Shown one piece after another: positions 40,966 through 50,616 of a stretch of 64,000 nucleotides of DNA. This DNA comes from Candidatus Eiseniibacteriota bacterium (GTDB taxonomy: Bacteria > ARS69). The stretch spans positions 7,172 to 71,171 of the forward strand of contig JBQTGV010000072.1 in the NCBI GenBank assembly GCA_052390515.1. The letters are read 5' to 3'. The notes beneath the pieces are model-generated. The model was not told the origin of the DNA and searched no databases. It worked only from the letters and a program-made list of their open reading frames with translations. The first letter of the stretch is position 1. Each line of letters begins with the position of its first letter. Made by a program: the position numbers and the translations under genes.

Positions 40966-43494
40966 TCATCCGTCGAGCAGCGGCACGGCGAGGTGATCCT
41001 TGGCGACGAACAAGCTGCCCTCGGTGGTCCCGCCCGGGGCGGCCTCCGCGAGCACCTTGCCCAGCGCCGCGCATGAACCGCCGCACGCCAGCGCGGTGAC
41101 GAATGCGCCGGTGATCCTCGCCACGTCCTCCGCGGACTCGTGCGCGAACTCGAGCCGGAAGTGCCGGACTCCCGCCGCACGCCAGCGGCCCAGGTGCCGG
41201 CTCGCCTCCTGCGCCTGCGCGCCGAACACCGTGTTGCGGCAGCCCACGTCCGCCATCACCGGGTGCGCGCGCCCGTTCGTGTCCCGCAGCAGGACGCGAT
41301 GGCGCTCGCAGGGCTTGCCGCAGTCGCGGAAGCTCGTGCCCGTGGAGAGGAACCGGCAGAACACGCAGTGTTCGGTGTGGAATACGGGCAGGTGATGGTA
41401 GGCGACGACCTCGATCCGCTCCGCGCCGACGGAGCGCGCCAGCGCGGCGACTTGCGCCGCGTTCAGGTCGTGCGCCGGAGTGATCCGTCGCAGCCCGAGC
41501 GCGAGCAGCGTCTCCGCCGACACTGCGTTCGCCGCGTTCAGGCTGAAGTCGCCGGTGAGCGGCGGCGGCTCCTCCTGAGAGAGCGGGCCTTGGGAGAGCG
41601 CGTGCAGCAGACCGATCGAGCGCACCAGGATCTCGCAGTCGAGCCGCGCCAGGAACGTGACGATGCGCTCCTCGGCGGGCTTCAGGATCCGGGGGCTGGC
41701 CACGCGCGCGGTGACGCCCGCAGCCCGCACGCGCTCGACCGAGGGGCGAAGCCCATAGAGGTCCAGGTAGTCCAGGGTGATGCTGGAAGGAGCGGCTTGC
41801 AGCGCGGCCTCCAGCTGCTCCGGGGTGCGCACCAGCAAGTGGATCTCGGGCGCCGCCGCCCACTCGGCCGATGCCGCCGACGCGGCCAATGCTGCATCCC
41901 GCCCCGCCCTCACCGCAGTCAGCGCCGCCGTCGCCTCCGCGACCTCACGGGCCGGCACCGCGCCCTGCCGCTCCTGTAACGCCACGACCGCCGCGCGCCG
42001 CAGGTCGTTCAGCCACGACACCGGCGCGAAGGCACTGCCCGTCGTCTCCAGCTTCACTTCCACCAGTTCGTAGGGCGAACCTCCGAGGCGCCCGAGCTGC
42101 GCGGTGAGCAACGACTCGTCGAGCGGCCTCTTCGCCGCCGTCTCGAGCGGCAGCGGCGAGACGACCTCGACGCGGATCTCGGGCGAAGACTCGAGGCTCC
42201 ACTCCAGCACCAGAGGCTCGCCGGCGCGCGCCGTCGCGTGCGCGCGGACCGGCTGCCGCCGCACCGGGGCGGCCGGCCGGGTGAGCTCGCCGGCCACGCG
42301 GTCGATCTCGGGATCGTGCGTCCGCCACAGGAGATCGCCGGCGGCCATCCGGGCGAAGTCCACCGCGCCGTTCGCGAAGAGCAGCTCGACGGTGCCCCCC
42401 GCGGCCTTCCGCACCGACCAGACGCGACCACCTTCCTCGCGTTCCTCGGGGCTGCGCCGGTGCGCGGCGTCGAACACGATGCCGTCGCCGGCCTCGAGGG
42501 GCGCCGTCCCGTTCGCCTCCGACGGAGCGATGGTCACGCGGTCCGCGCCCACGCGCGTCACACGCCCCATCAGCACGCCCCGGTGCCGCGGCGATCGCCC
42601 CCGCACCACCGTCTGATGATTCACGCCGGTGACGAAGAACGGCCCGGACCCGCGCGAGTACACCTGCTCCAGGCGAAGCGCCTCGAGCGGATCGAGCGCC
42701 ACCGGCCTCCCCGCGCAGACCGCGTCCACGGCGCGCCGGTACGCCCGCGTCGTCAACGCGACATAGTTCTCGTCCTTGTAGCGCCCCTCGATCTTGAGCG
42801 CGTCGAGCCCGGCCCGCACGATCTCCGGAACCTGCGCCACCGTGGAAAGATCACCGGGCGAGAGCAGGTACCGGGCATCGCCCAGCGGCTTCGCCTTTCC
42901 GTCCACGAGCAGCTCGTAGGGCAGCCGGCACGCCTGCGCGCACTGCCCGCGGTTCGCGCTGCGCCCGCCCCAGGCCTCCGACGACAGACACTGCCCGGAG
43001 TAGGACACGCACAACGCGCCGTGCACGAACATCTCCAGCTCGCAATCGGTGGCGGCGCGGACCATGCGGATCTCTTCCAGAGAGAGCTCGCGGGCCAGGA
43101 TGACGCGCGTCACGCCGAGGGACTGCGCCAGCCGAACGCCCTCCGCGCTGGTGAAGGTCAGCTGCGTGCTGGCGTGCACCGGCAGCTCCGGTGCGACGCG
43201 GCGCGCCACCCGCACCGCACCCACGTCCTGCACGATGACCGCATCCGCGCCGGCCGCAGCGATGGCGCCGACGGCGCGCGCCGCTTCCTCCAGCTCGTGG
43301 TCGAAGACCAGCGTGTTGAAGGCGACGTAGCCCTTCACGCCGCGGCGGTGCAGCGTGCCGATCACGTCGGATAGCTCGGCCAGGGCGAAGCCCACCTTGG
43401 CCCGCGCCGAGAAATGCCGGAGCCCGAAGTAGACCGCGTCCGCGCCGGCCTCGACGGCGGCGGCGAGCTCCGGCCAGCCTCCCGCCGGGCTCAT
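40966..43494 (-). CDS. Peptidase U32-family protein, long form with C-terminal extension (DUF3656-like)
   Basis: Conserved U32 N-terminus MSPAGGWPELAAAVEAGADAVYFGL (ATG 43492-43494, GGAG 5 nt upstream). Cys-rich U32 core (HGALCVSYSGQCL…CAQACRLPY) and C-terminal 4-Cys cluster. 8 nt upstream of the UbiA-like gene. Confidence 0.8.
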   Translation of the reverse strand: MSPAGGWPELAAAVEAGADAVYFGLRHFSARAKVGFALAELSDVIGTLHRRGVKGYVAFNTLVFDHELEEAARAVGAIAAAGADAVIVQDVGAVRVARRVAPELPVHASTQLTFTSAEGVRLAQSLGVTRVILARELSLEEIRMVRAATDCELEMFVHGALCVSYSGQCLSSEAWGGRSANRGQCAQACRLPYELLVDGKAKPLGDARYLLSPGDLSTVAQVPEIVRAGLDALKIEGRYKDENYVALTTRAYRRAVDAVCAGRPVALDPLEALRLEQVYSRGSGPFFVTGVNHQTVVRGRSPRHRGVLMGRVTRVGADRVTIAPSEANGTAPLEAGDGIVFDAAHRRSPEEREEGGRVWSVRKAAGGTVELLFANGAVDFARMAAGDLLWRTHDPEIDRVAGELTRPAAPVRRQPVRAHATARAGEPLVLEWSLESSPEIRVEVVSPLPLETAAKRPLDESLLTAQLGRLGGSPYELVEVKLETTGSAFAPVSWLNDLRRAAVVALQERQGAVPAREVAEATAALTAVRAGRDAALAASAASAEWAAAPEIHLLVRTPEQLEAALQAAPSSITLDYLDLYGLRPSVERVRAAGVTARVASPRILKPAEERIVTFLARLDCEILVRSIGLLHALSQGPLSQEEPPPLTGDFSLNAANAVSAETLLALGLRRITPAHDLNAAQVAALARSVGAERIEVVAYHHLPVFHTEHCVFCRFLSTGTSFRDCGKPCERHRVLLRDTNGRAHPVMADVGCRNTVFGAQAQEASRHLGRWRAAGVRHFRLEFAHESAEDVARITGAFVTALACGGSCAALGKVLAEAAPGGTTEGSLFVAKDHLAVPLLDG

Positions 43495-43639
43495 GATCTC
43501 CGGTTTCGATGGCTGGACGCGCTCGATCATCCCGGCTCCACGTCGACGAAGGGCCGCGATTCTACCAGAGCGCCCGCGGCCTTGGTGCTATGCTGCACCG
43601 TCTCCCCAGAGGGAGTTTCTCTTGGTCGTCCTTCCGGAA

Positions 43640-44599
43640 ATGGCCGTCCTCCTCGACCAGGTCACGAAGCGCTTCGGCGAGCACGCCGCCGTCCACGAGC
43701 TCTCGTTCACCGTGCCGCGCGGCTCGGTGTACGGGCTGCTCGGCCCGAACGGGGCGGGCAAGACCACGTCCATCCGCATGATCATGGCCATCCTGCTGCC
43801 GGACTCCGGTCGCGTCCGCGTGCTGGGACAGGAGCCGACGGTCGCGCTGCAGTCCCGCGTCGGCTACCTGCCGGAGGAGCGGGGCCTCTACAAGAGCATG
43901 AAGGTGCTCGACAACCTGGTGTTCTTCGCCGGGCTCCGCGGTCTGTCCGCTTCCGATGCGCGCCGGCGCGCGCACGCCTGGCTCGAGCGGATGGGAATGT
44001 CCGCCGACGCGAACCGCAAGCTGCAGGATCTCTCCAAGGGCAACCAGCAGAAGATCCAGTTCATCGCCACGGTGGTGCACGAACCGGAGCTGATCGTGCT
44101 GGACGAGCCCTTTTCCGGGCTCGACCCGGTGAACCAGGAGACCGTTCGCGAGACGATCCTCGACCTCGCCGGGCGTGGCACGACGATCGTCCTGTCGACG
44201 CACTTGATGGACGAGGTGGAGCGTCTGTGCACGCACCTGACGCTGATCGACTCCGGCCGCGCGCTCGTGGACGGAACGCTCGACGAGGTCAAGCGGCGTC
44301 ACGGGACGGACACGCTCCGGATCGACGTGCAGGACGACCCCGCGCTGGTGGAAGCGCTCCCCGAGGTCGCCGAGAGCCGGCGGATCGGGCGTACGCTCGA
44401 GATCCGGCTTCGCGACGGAGCCGACCCGTCGGAGTTCCTCTCCCGCGCCGCCTCGCTTGCGAGGATCCGCCGCTTCGAGGTCCGCGCCCCGAGCCTGCAC
44501 TCCATCTTCGTGCAGTTGGTCGGCGGCAAGGGCGGCGCGGACGCCTCGAAGGCCGACGCCACGGAGACTCTCCCCTCCGCGGTCGGAGGCGTACGATGA
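43640..44599 (+). CDS. ABC transporter ATP-binding protein
   Basis: Walker A GPNGAGKTT, signature LSKGNQQK, Walker B LIVLDEPFSGLD. Start MAVLLDQVTKRFG. Confidence 0.9.
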   Translation: MAVLLDQVTKRFGEHAAVHELSFTVPRGSVYGLLGPNGAGKTTSIRMIMAILLPDSGRVRVLGQEPTVALQSRVGYLPEERGLYKSMKVLDNLVFFAGLRGLSASDARRRAHAWLERMGMSADANRKLQDLSKGNQQKIQFIATVVHEPELIVLDEPFSGLDPVNQETVRETILDLAGRGTTIVLSTHLMDEVERLCTHLTLIDSGRALVDGTLDEVKRRHGTDTLRIDVQDDPALVEALPEVAESRRIGRTLEIRLRDGADPSEFLSRAASLARIRRFEVRAPSLHSIFVQLVGGKGGADASKADATETLPSAVGGVR

Positions 44600-45837
44600 A
44601 CCGGGCGAAGGTGTGGCTCATCATCCGCCGCGAGTACCTGGAGAGCGTGCGGAAGAAGTCCTTCCTCTTCGGACTCGTGGCGACGCCGCTGATCTTCGTG
44701 ACGGTGATGTTCGTGCCCATCCTGGCCACGGGACTGCTGGCCGACGGCGAGGTCCAACTCTCCGTGGTCGACGAGACCGGGGTCTACGGCGAGAAGCTGC
44801 GGGCTGCGCTCGAGGGAGGGGAGGCGGGAACCGCCGGCTTCCGCCCTACGGTCACGGTGTGGAGCGCGGGCGAGGGGCCGGAAGCGGCCGAGCTGGATGA
44901 CGCGGTGGCGCGCGGCGAGTTGTCCGGCTGGATCCGCCTGCCCGCGGACTTCGAGCAGACCGGCGCACTCGAGCTGCACGCGCAGTCCGTCCTGGATCTG
45001 GCCGCCCTGGAAGCCATCGAGAACCGCGCGACCTCCATCCTCTCCGAGAAGAAGGCGGCGGATCTTGGTCTCGAGTCGGAGCAGGTTCGCCAGCTGCTGC
45101 AGCGGGCGGACCTCAAGGTGTTCCGCGCGGGGGACGCGGCGAAGGAGACGGACCCCGAGCAGCTCTACCTGCGCGCCGTGATCCTGGTCATGATGCTCTT
45201 CTTCGCCCTGCTCCCGACCGGACAGATCCTGATGCGCAGCGTGATCGAGGAGAAGGCGAACCGCGTGGTGGAGGTGCTGGTTTCCAGCGTCACGCCGCGG
45301 GAGATCATGGTGGGCAAGATCCTCGGCCTGGGCGCGGTCGGCCTGACCCTGATCGGCGCCTGGGCGGCGGCCGGTGGACTTCTCGCCTGGCGGTCCGGCA
45401 GCGCCACCCTCCCCGTCGGCGGGGGCGAGATCGGCATCTTCCTGCTCTACTTCTTCCCGGGCTACTTCCTGTACGCCGCGCTCCTCGGCGCCATCGGCTC
45501 GGTGTGCAGCTCCGAGCGGGACGCGCAGCCCTTCCTGACGCCGATCTCGCTGCTCCTCGTGCTGCCGGTGATGGCCGGTTTCGCCATCGCGCAGAATCCC
45601 GATCACCTGGCGGCGCGCGTGCTCTCGTTCGTGCCGCTGGTGACGCCGAGCCTCATGGTGTTCCGGTACACCATCCAGCCGCCACCGGCCTGGGAGATCG
45701 CCGCGACCTGGCTCGTCCTCGTCGCGTCGACTGTGGGCATGTTCTGGATCTCGGCCAGGGTGTTCCGCACCGGGATCCTGATGATCGGGAAGCGCCCGAC
45801 CCTCCCCGAGATCGCGCGGTGGGTGTGGGCGCGGTAG
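44596..45837 (+). CDS. ABC-2 type transporter permease
   Basis: ATGA overlap with the ATPase gene. N-terminal TM helix, large extracytoplasmic loop, five C-terminal TM helices (…IEEKANRVVEVLVSSVTPREIMVGKILGLGAVGL…). Confidence 0.85.
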   Translation: MNRAKVWLIIRREYLESVRKKSFLFGLVATPLIFVTVMFVPILATGLLADGEVQLSVVDETGVYGEKLRAALEGGEAGTAGFRPTVTVWSAGEGPEAAELDDAVARGELSGWIRLPADFEQTGALELHAQSVLDLAALEAIENRATSILSEKKAADLGLESEQVRQLLQRADLKVFRAGDAAKETDPEQLYLRAVILVMMLFFALLPTGQILMRSVIEEKANRVVEVLVSSVTPREIMVGKILGLGAVGLTLIGAWAAAGGLLAWRSGSATLPVGGGEIGIFLLYFFPGYFLYAALLGAIGSVCSSERDAQPFLTPISLLLVLPVMAGFAIAQNPDHLAARVLSFVPLVTPSLMVFRYTIQPPPAWEIAATWLVLVASTVGMFWISARVFRTGILMIGKRPTLPEIARWVWAR

Positions 45838-45889
45838 GCCGCTCCCGCTCCGGCGGAGCTCCGGCAGCGAACACAGGTGGAGCCGCTCG

Positions 45890-46885
45890 ATGAGGATCGT
45901 CAGGGAGTCGCGGATCCGCGCGCCCGAGCTCGTCGCCGCGGGCTGGGCCACGAGCGATTCGCGCCTCATCGGAGCGATGCGTGGCAGCGTCGTCCTGCTG
46001 GACTTCTTCTCCTTCGCCGATCCGGCGGGCGTCCGCGAGATCGCCCACGTCCGCCGACTGGCCGAGCATTACGCCGCGTCCGGTCTCGTCGTCGTCGGGG
46101 TCCACGTTCCCGCGTACGACTTCGAGCGCCCGCTGGAAGCCGCCCGCCGCGAGATCTGGCGCCTCGGGATCCCGTATCCGGTGGCGCTCGATCAGGCGCT
46201 CTCGCTCTTCCAGGCCTACGAATGCCGCAACCTTCCCGCGCGGTACGTGATCGACGCCCAGGGCTTCGTCCGCGCCTGGCACCACGGAGCGGGCGGCTTG
46301 GCCGAGGCGGAGCGGGTCGTCCGCACGCTCCTGCGGGAGGCTCGCCCGGACCGGCGCCTCCCGCCCCTCGCGGAGCGGACCGAGGGGGTCGCGCTGGCCG
46401 GTCGCGTGACCTGGTACTCCACGCCGGAGATCCTCTTCGGCACCCGCGGAGCGGGCTTCGGCCCGCCGGACTCCTCCGGGCCCGCCCCCGCCGACGGCGA
46501 GACGCGTACCTTCGGGGAGCTCCCCGATCTCCGGGCGCCGGGCGTCGCGCAGCTCGAGGGCGAATGGACCGTGCGTGCCGACCGGATCGTCTCGCAGAGC
46601 GAAGAGGGAGCGGTGGCGGTCGTGTTCGAGGGCTCTTCCGTGCTCGGCGTCCTGTCCCCCGAGGGACGCGACGACCGGGAGGAAGATCCCCACGTCCAGG
46701 TGATCCTGGACGGCGACCCCGCGGCGGGCATCCCGGATCCGCTCCCCGTCGGCGAAGGACGCCTCTACGAATTGGTCTCGTCGGCGGACTTCGGGATCCA
46801 TAATCTCCACCTGCGAGTGCGGGGTCGCGGCCTTTCGCTGCACCTGCTGCACTTCGGCAGCACCGAAGTGCCCGAGGAGGCCTGA
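45890..46885 (+). CDS. Thioredoxin-fold (TlpA/redoxin-like) protein lacking the CxxC cysteines, with C-terminal extension
   Basis: VVLLDFFSFADPAGVREIAHVRRLAEHYAASGLVVVGVHVP…IPYPVALDQ aligns to TlpA/ResA-type redoxins, but the active-site position reads SFAD rather than CxxC. Confidence 0.6.
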   Translation: MRIVRESRIRAPELVAAGWATSDSRLIGAMRGSVVLLDFFSFADPAGVREIAHVRRLAEHYAASGLVVVGVHVPAYDFERPLEAARREIWRLGIPYPVALDQALSLFQAYECRNLPARYVIDAQGFVRAWHHGAGGLAEAERVVRTLLREARPDRRLPPLAERTEGVALAGRVTWYSTPEILFGTRGAGFGPPDSSGPAPADGETRTFGELPDLRAPGVAQLEGEWTVRADRIVSQSEEGAVAVVFEGSSVLGVLSPEGRDDREEDPHVQVILDGDPAAGIPDPLPVGEGRLYELVSSADFGIHNLHLRVRGRGLSLHLLHFGSTEVPEEA

Positions 46886-46893
46886 CCGTCACC

Positions 46894-48609
46894 ATGGCGG
46901 ATTTCTTCCGGACGTTCTTCGCGGTGATCTTCGCCATCCTCTTCCTGGTCTTCGTGCCGGTCGGAGTGTTCGTGGTCGCGGCGCTCTTCGCCGACACGGG
47001 TCCACGCCCCGATTCGTGGCTCACGATCGGCCTCGAAGGGCCGCTGCTCGAGCATTACGGACCGACGACGCTGCGTGAGTTCTTCGAGGATCCTCCACCC
47101 TGCCTGATGGAGATCACCGAAAATCTGGAGAAGGCCGCGTCGGACGAACGCATCCGCGGGGTGCTCTTCCGTATCGAGGAGTTCAGCGCGGGCCCGGGCA
47201 AGATCGACGAGATCCGTGCCGGGATCCGCGCGGTGCAGGAAGCGGGCAAGCCGGTGTACGCGTACGCGTCCTGGCTGCTCGACTCCGGCCTGCACCTGAC
47301 CAGCGCGTGCGACTCCACCTTCCTCTTCCCCCAGGGGCGCGTGTTCCTGCTCGGCAGGGGCGCGACGCTGGAGCACGTGAAGGGCACGCTGGAGAAGCTC
47401 GGCGTGCGCGAGCAGTTCCTCGCCACGGGCGACTACAAGAGCGCCGTGGAGCTGTTCACGGCGGACACCTCCTCGGCGGCTTCGCTCGCGAACATCCGCT
47501 GGGTGCTGGAGGACCTGGAGGCATCGTTCGACTCCACCATCGGCGCCGACCGCTCCCTGGAGGACGGAGCCCTGGTCGGACTTCGCCAGCGCGCCATCCT
47601 GCGTGCCGACGAAGCCGTCGCGGAGGGGCTGGTCGACGAAGCCCTGTGGTTCGACGAGCTGCGCGACCGGTTGCGCGGACATCATCGCCACTGGCGCACG
47701 ATCTCCTCGCAGGAGTATGCGAAGGTGGATCGCGCGGCGGCGGGCCTCGGCGGCGGGGCGAAGATCGCCGTGGTGCACGCACAGGGATTCGTCGCGGTGG
47801 ACGGTGACGACCGCTGGGACGGTGTCAACGGACTGACCATGGGCCCCGACCGCGTGGTCGACGACCTTCGCCAGGTCTGGGAGGACGACGACGTGCGCGC
47901 AGTGATCCTGCGCTGGGACACGGGCGGCGGATCGACCGACGGTTCGATGCGCATCACCCGCGCGGTCGCTCGGGCCCGCGACGAGAAGCCGGTGGTGGTG
48001 TCCATCGCCGACGTCGCCGCCTCCGGCGGGTACATGATGAGCTACCCGGCCAACCGGATCGTCTGCCCGGCGAGCGGGATCACCGGATCGATCGGCCAAC
48101 TGATCGGCAAGTTCAACGTGCGCGGGCTCTGGGAGAAGCTCGGCGTCACGTTCGATGACGTCGCGCTGGCGCCGAATGCGTTCCTGTTCTCGCCGCTGCA
48201 CGACTGGAGCGAGGAACAGCTCGCCCGGATCGCCGAGGACAACTGGCGGACCTACCGCGATTGGGTGGAGGACATCGCCGCGTCGCGGGGCCTGTCGTTC
48301 GACGACGTCGACTCGGTCGCCCAGGGCCGCGTCTGGACCGGGCGCCAGGCCGCCGAGCGACGCCTCGTGGACGCAACCGGGGGGTTTGCCGAAGCCCTGG
48401 CCGAGGCCCGTCGCCTGGCCGACCTGGGCGAGGGCGAATCCGTCACGCTCGTGCACTACCCGGCGAGGAAGTCGCCGCTGGAGCTGCTGGTGGAGGGCGA
48501 GCTCGACCTGGCGGTGACTTCGCATTTCGCACGGGTCGTCCGCGAGGCCCTTTCGCCCGGTTTCTCGGCCCGGGGAAGCCTGGCTTTCCAGCCGTTCCGG
48601 CCGCACTGA
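46894..48609 (+). CDS. sppA: Signal peptide peptidase SppA (67K type, protease IV)
   Basis: N-terminal TM helix; two ClpP/crotonase-like halves; catalytic-Ser motif region ADVAASGGYMMS. Confidence 0.85.
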   Translation: MADFFRTFFAVIFAILFLVFVPVGVFVVAALFADTGPRPDSWLTIGLEGPLLEHYGPTTLREFFEDPPPCLMEITENLEKAASDERIRGVLFRIEEFSAGPGKIDEIRAGIRAVQEAGKPVYAYASWLLDSGLHLTSACDSTFLFPQGRVFLLGRGATLEHVKGTLEKLGVREQFLATGDYKSAVELFTADTSSAASLANIRWVLEDLEASFDSTIGADRSLEDGALVGLRQRAILRADEAVAEGLVDEALWFDELRDRLRGHHRHWRTISSQEYAKVDRAAAGLGGGAKIAVVHAQGFVAVDGDDRWDGVNGLTMGPDRVVDDLRQVWEDDDVRAVILRWDTGGGSTDGSMRITRAVARARDEKPVVVSIADVAASGGYMMSYPANRIVCPASGITGSIGQLIGKFNVRGLWEKLGVTFDDVALAPNAFLFSPLHDWSEEQLARIAEDNWRTYRDWVEDIAASRGLSFDDVDSVAQGRVWTGRQAAERRLVDATGGFAEALAEARRLADLGEGESVTLVHYPARKSPLELLVEGELDLAVTSHFARVVREALSPGFSARGSLAFQPFRPH

Positions 48610-48681
48610 GGCGGTCGGCTTGACGCCCGCGGTGGGCGTCCGATACGCTTCTCGGGCTTTCATCCCCCTCCCGGAGTCAGC

Positions 48682-50610
48682 ATGCCTGCGCAGTTTCGCG
48701 TGGGGATCGCGGTCTCTCTGCTCTTCACGTCCATCTTCTCTCTGGGGATCCTGCTCCTCAATCCCCGGTTCGTCGACGACGGGAAGCTCGGCGCTGCCGT
48801 CCTCCTGGGCGTTCCGTTGCTCGCCGGCGTGGTCCTCGGCCTGACCGTGGACCGCTGGCTCCTCGCGGTCGCCCGCCTGGGCTCGAGCGAAGACACGTTC
48901 CGGGCGCGGGCCCTGCTGTGGGTCGCTCTGGCGGGGCTCGGCGCGTTCTTCGTGACTCTGGCTCTCCTGCCGCCGTTCCTCGGCCTCTACGGCGATTCGG
49001 AGAGTTTCCGGTTCGGGGGCGGCCTCGTCCTCTCGCTCGCGTTCGCCTGGATCGCGGTGCGCATCCTGCGGGACGTAGCTCTCCACGGGCGAGTCTGGTG
49101 GCTCCCCGTCCTCGCCGTGCTCCCGGCGGCGCTCGTCGTGACCGGAGGAACGTCGTGGGGACGCGGCGTCGGACCGGGCTCTCGGCTCCTGATGCTCGCC
49201 TTCCCGGGGCTCTCCTGGAACGTGGCCGAGGATCTCATCGACCGCGGGGAGATGCCCCACCTGGCGAGCCTCCGGCGGTCCGGTTCGTGGGGCAGCCTGC
49301 ACTCGGTGAAGGGGATGAGCACGCCCGCGGTGTGGACCTCGATCGCCACGGGGAAGACCTCCGAGGCTCACGGCATCTCCGCGTTCAACGCCACCGCCGA
49401 CGAGCTCACCGCGCGCCGCCTGTGGGAGATCCTGGAGGAGCGCGGGTGGTCGGTCGGGCTCTTCGGATGGCCGGTGACCTGGCCGCCGCGGCCGGTCGAA
49501 GGGTTCGTCGTGCCGGCGGTCTCGGACATGGGCTCCGACACGTACCCCAAGGACCTGCGCTTCATCCGCGAGCTGGCCATGCGCGAGAAGACCGGACAGG
49601 ACCGCGCGTGGGGGATCTACTGCCGATTCACTTTCCTGAGCATCCGTTACGGCGCGAGCCTCTCCACGTTGCTGCAGGCGGCCGGCGAGCTCGTGGCGGA
49701 TCCCTGGCGCGGCCGGGAGCTGGACGCGGCGAGACTGTTCGAGCGGCGCAAGCTCCGGGCGAAGCTCTCCTGCGACTACTTCGCCGAGCTCAGACGCCAG
49801 AGGCCGGTCGACTTCGCCGCGTTCCACACCAACATCGTGCACGTCGCGCAGGCGTACTTCTGGAAGTACCACGAGCCCGGCGCGTTCGAGGACATCTCCT
49901 CACGGGACGTCGAGCAGTACGGCGACAGCGTGCACGACGCGTATCGCATCGTCGACGAGTTCATCGGACGGATCCTCGCCGAGACGGAGGAGAACGACCT
50001 GATCGTGGTGGTTTCCGACCACGGTGCGGAGGCGCTGGCGGAGCCGTACCCGCGTCTCACGCTGCGCGTCGAACCGATGCTCGAGCGCATGCGGCTGGCC
50101 GGTGCGGTCGAGGCGACGAACGTCGCGGCGCGCACGTACCTGAGGATGAGCCGCGGCCACGAGGGCAACGAGGACCGCGTCTGCCGGCTCTTCGAGGCGG
50201 CGCGCCTGGACCACTCCGGGCTGCAGCCGTTCGATGCGCGCGTCGACGAGTGGGGCAACGTGGAGGTCACCGTCGTCGCGGGGGCGGCGGAGGCGCTCGA
50301 CGAGTTCGTGCTCTTCCAGGGCGGCCGATGTCGCGTGCGCGACGTGATCCGCCCTCTGGAGCTGCAGGAGAGCTCGAGAGTCCGCGAGACGGGCGCCCTC
50401 GTCCTCGCCGGAGACGGCATCCGCCCGGGCCGCGAGTTCGATGACTGCAGCCTGTTCGACGTCGTCCCCACCCTGCTGGTGCTGACCGGACACGACCTGG
50501 CCGCCGACCTGTCCGGGGACGTGATCACCGGAGCTCTGGAGCCCCCTCTGCTCGATCGAGTCCCGGGCATGGTCGCCACCTACGACGCGGAGCCGCTCTC
50601 CGCGAACTGA
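48682..50610 (+). CDS. Membrane-anchored alkaline-phosphatase-superfamily protein (type I phosphodiesterase/nucleotide pyrophosphatase-like)
   Basis: ~190-aa N-terminal polytopic region, then a PF01663-like domain (…LMLAFPGLSWNVAEDLIDRGEMPHLASL…GSLHSVKGMSTPAVWTSIATGKTSEAHGI… VVVSDHGAE). Confidence 0.8.
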   Translation: MPAQFRVGIAVSLLFTSIFSLGILLLNPRFVDDGKLGAAVLLGVPLLAGVVLGLTVDRWLLAVARLGSSEDTFRARALLWVALAGLGAFFVTLALLPPFLGLYGDSESFRFGGGLVLSLAFAWIAVRILRDVALHGRVWWLPVLAVLPAALVVTGGTSWGRGVGPGSRLLMLAFPGLSWNVAEDLIDRGEMPHLASLRRSGSWGSLHSVKGMSTPAVWTSIATGKTSEAHGISAFNATADELTARRLWEILEERGWSVGLFGWPVTWPPRPVEGFVVPAVSDMGSDTYPKDLRFIRELAMREKTGQDRAWGIYCRFTFLSIRYGASLSTLLQAAGELVADPWRGRELDAARLFERRKLRAKLSCDYFAELRRQRPVDFAAFHTNIVHVAQAYFWKYHEPGAFEDISSRDVEQYGDSVHDAYRIVDEFIGRILAETEENDLIVVVSDHGAEALAEPYPRLTLRVEPMLERMRLAGAVEATNVAARTYLRMSRGHEGNEDRVCRLFEAARLDHSGLQPFDARVDEWGNVEVTVVAGAAEALDEFVLFQGGRCRVRDVIRPLELQESSRVRETGALVLAGDGIRPGREFDDCSLFDVVPTLLVLTGHDLAADLSGDVITGALEPPLLDRVPGMVATYDAEPLSAN

Positions 50611-50616
50611 GGCGCC

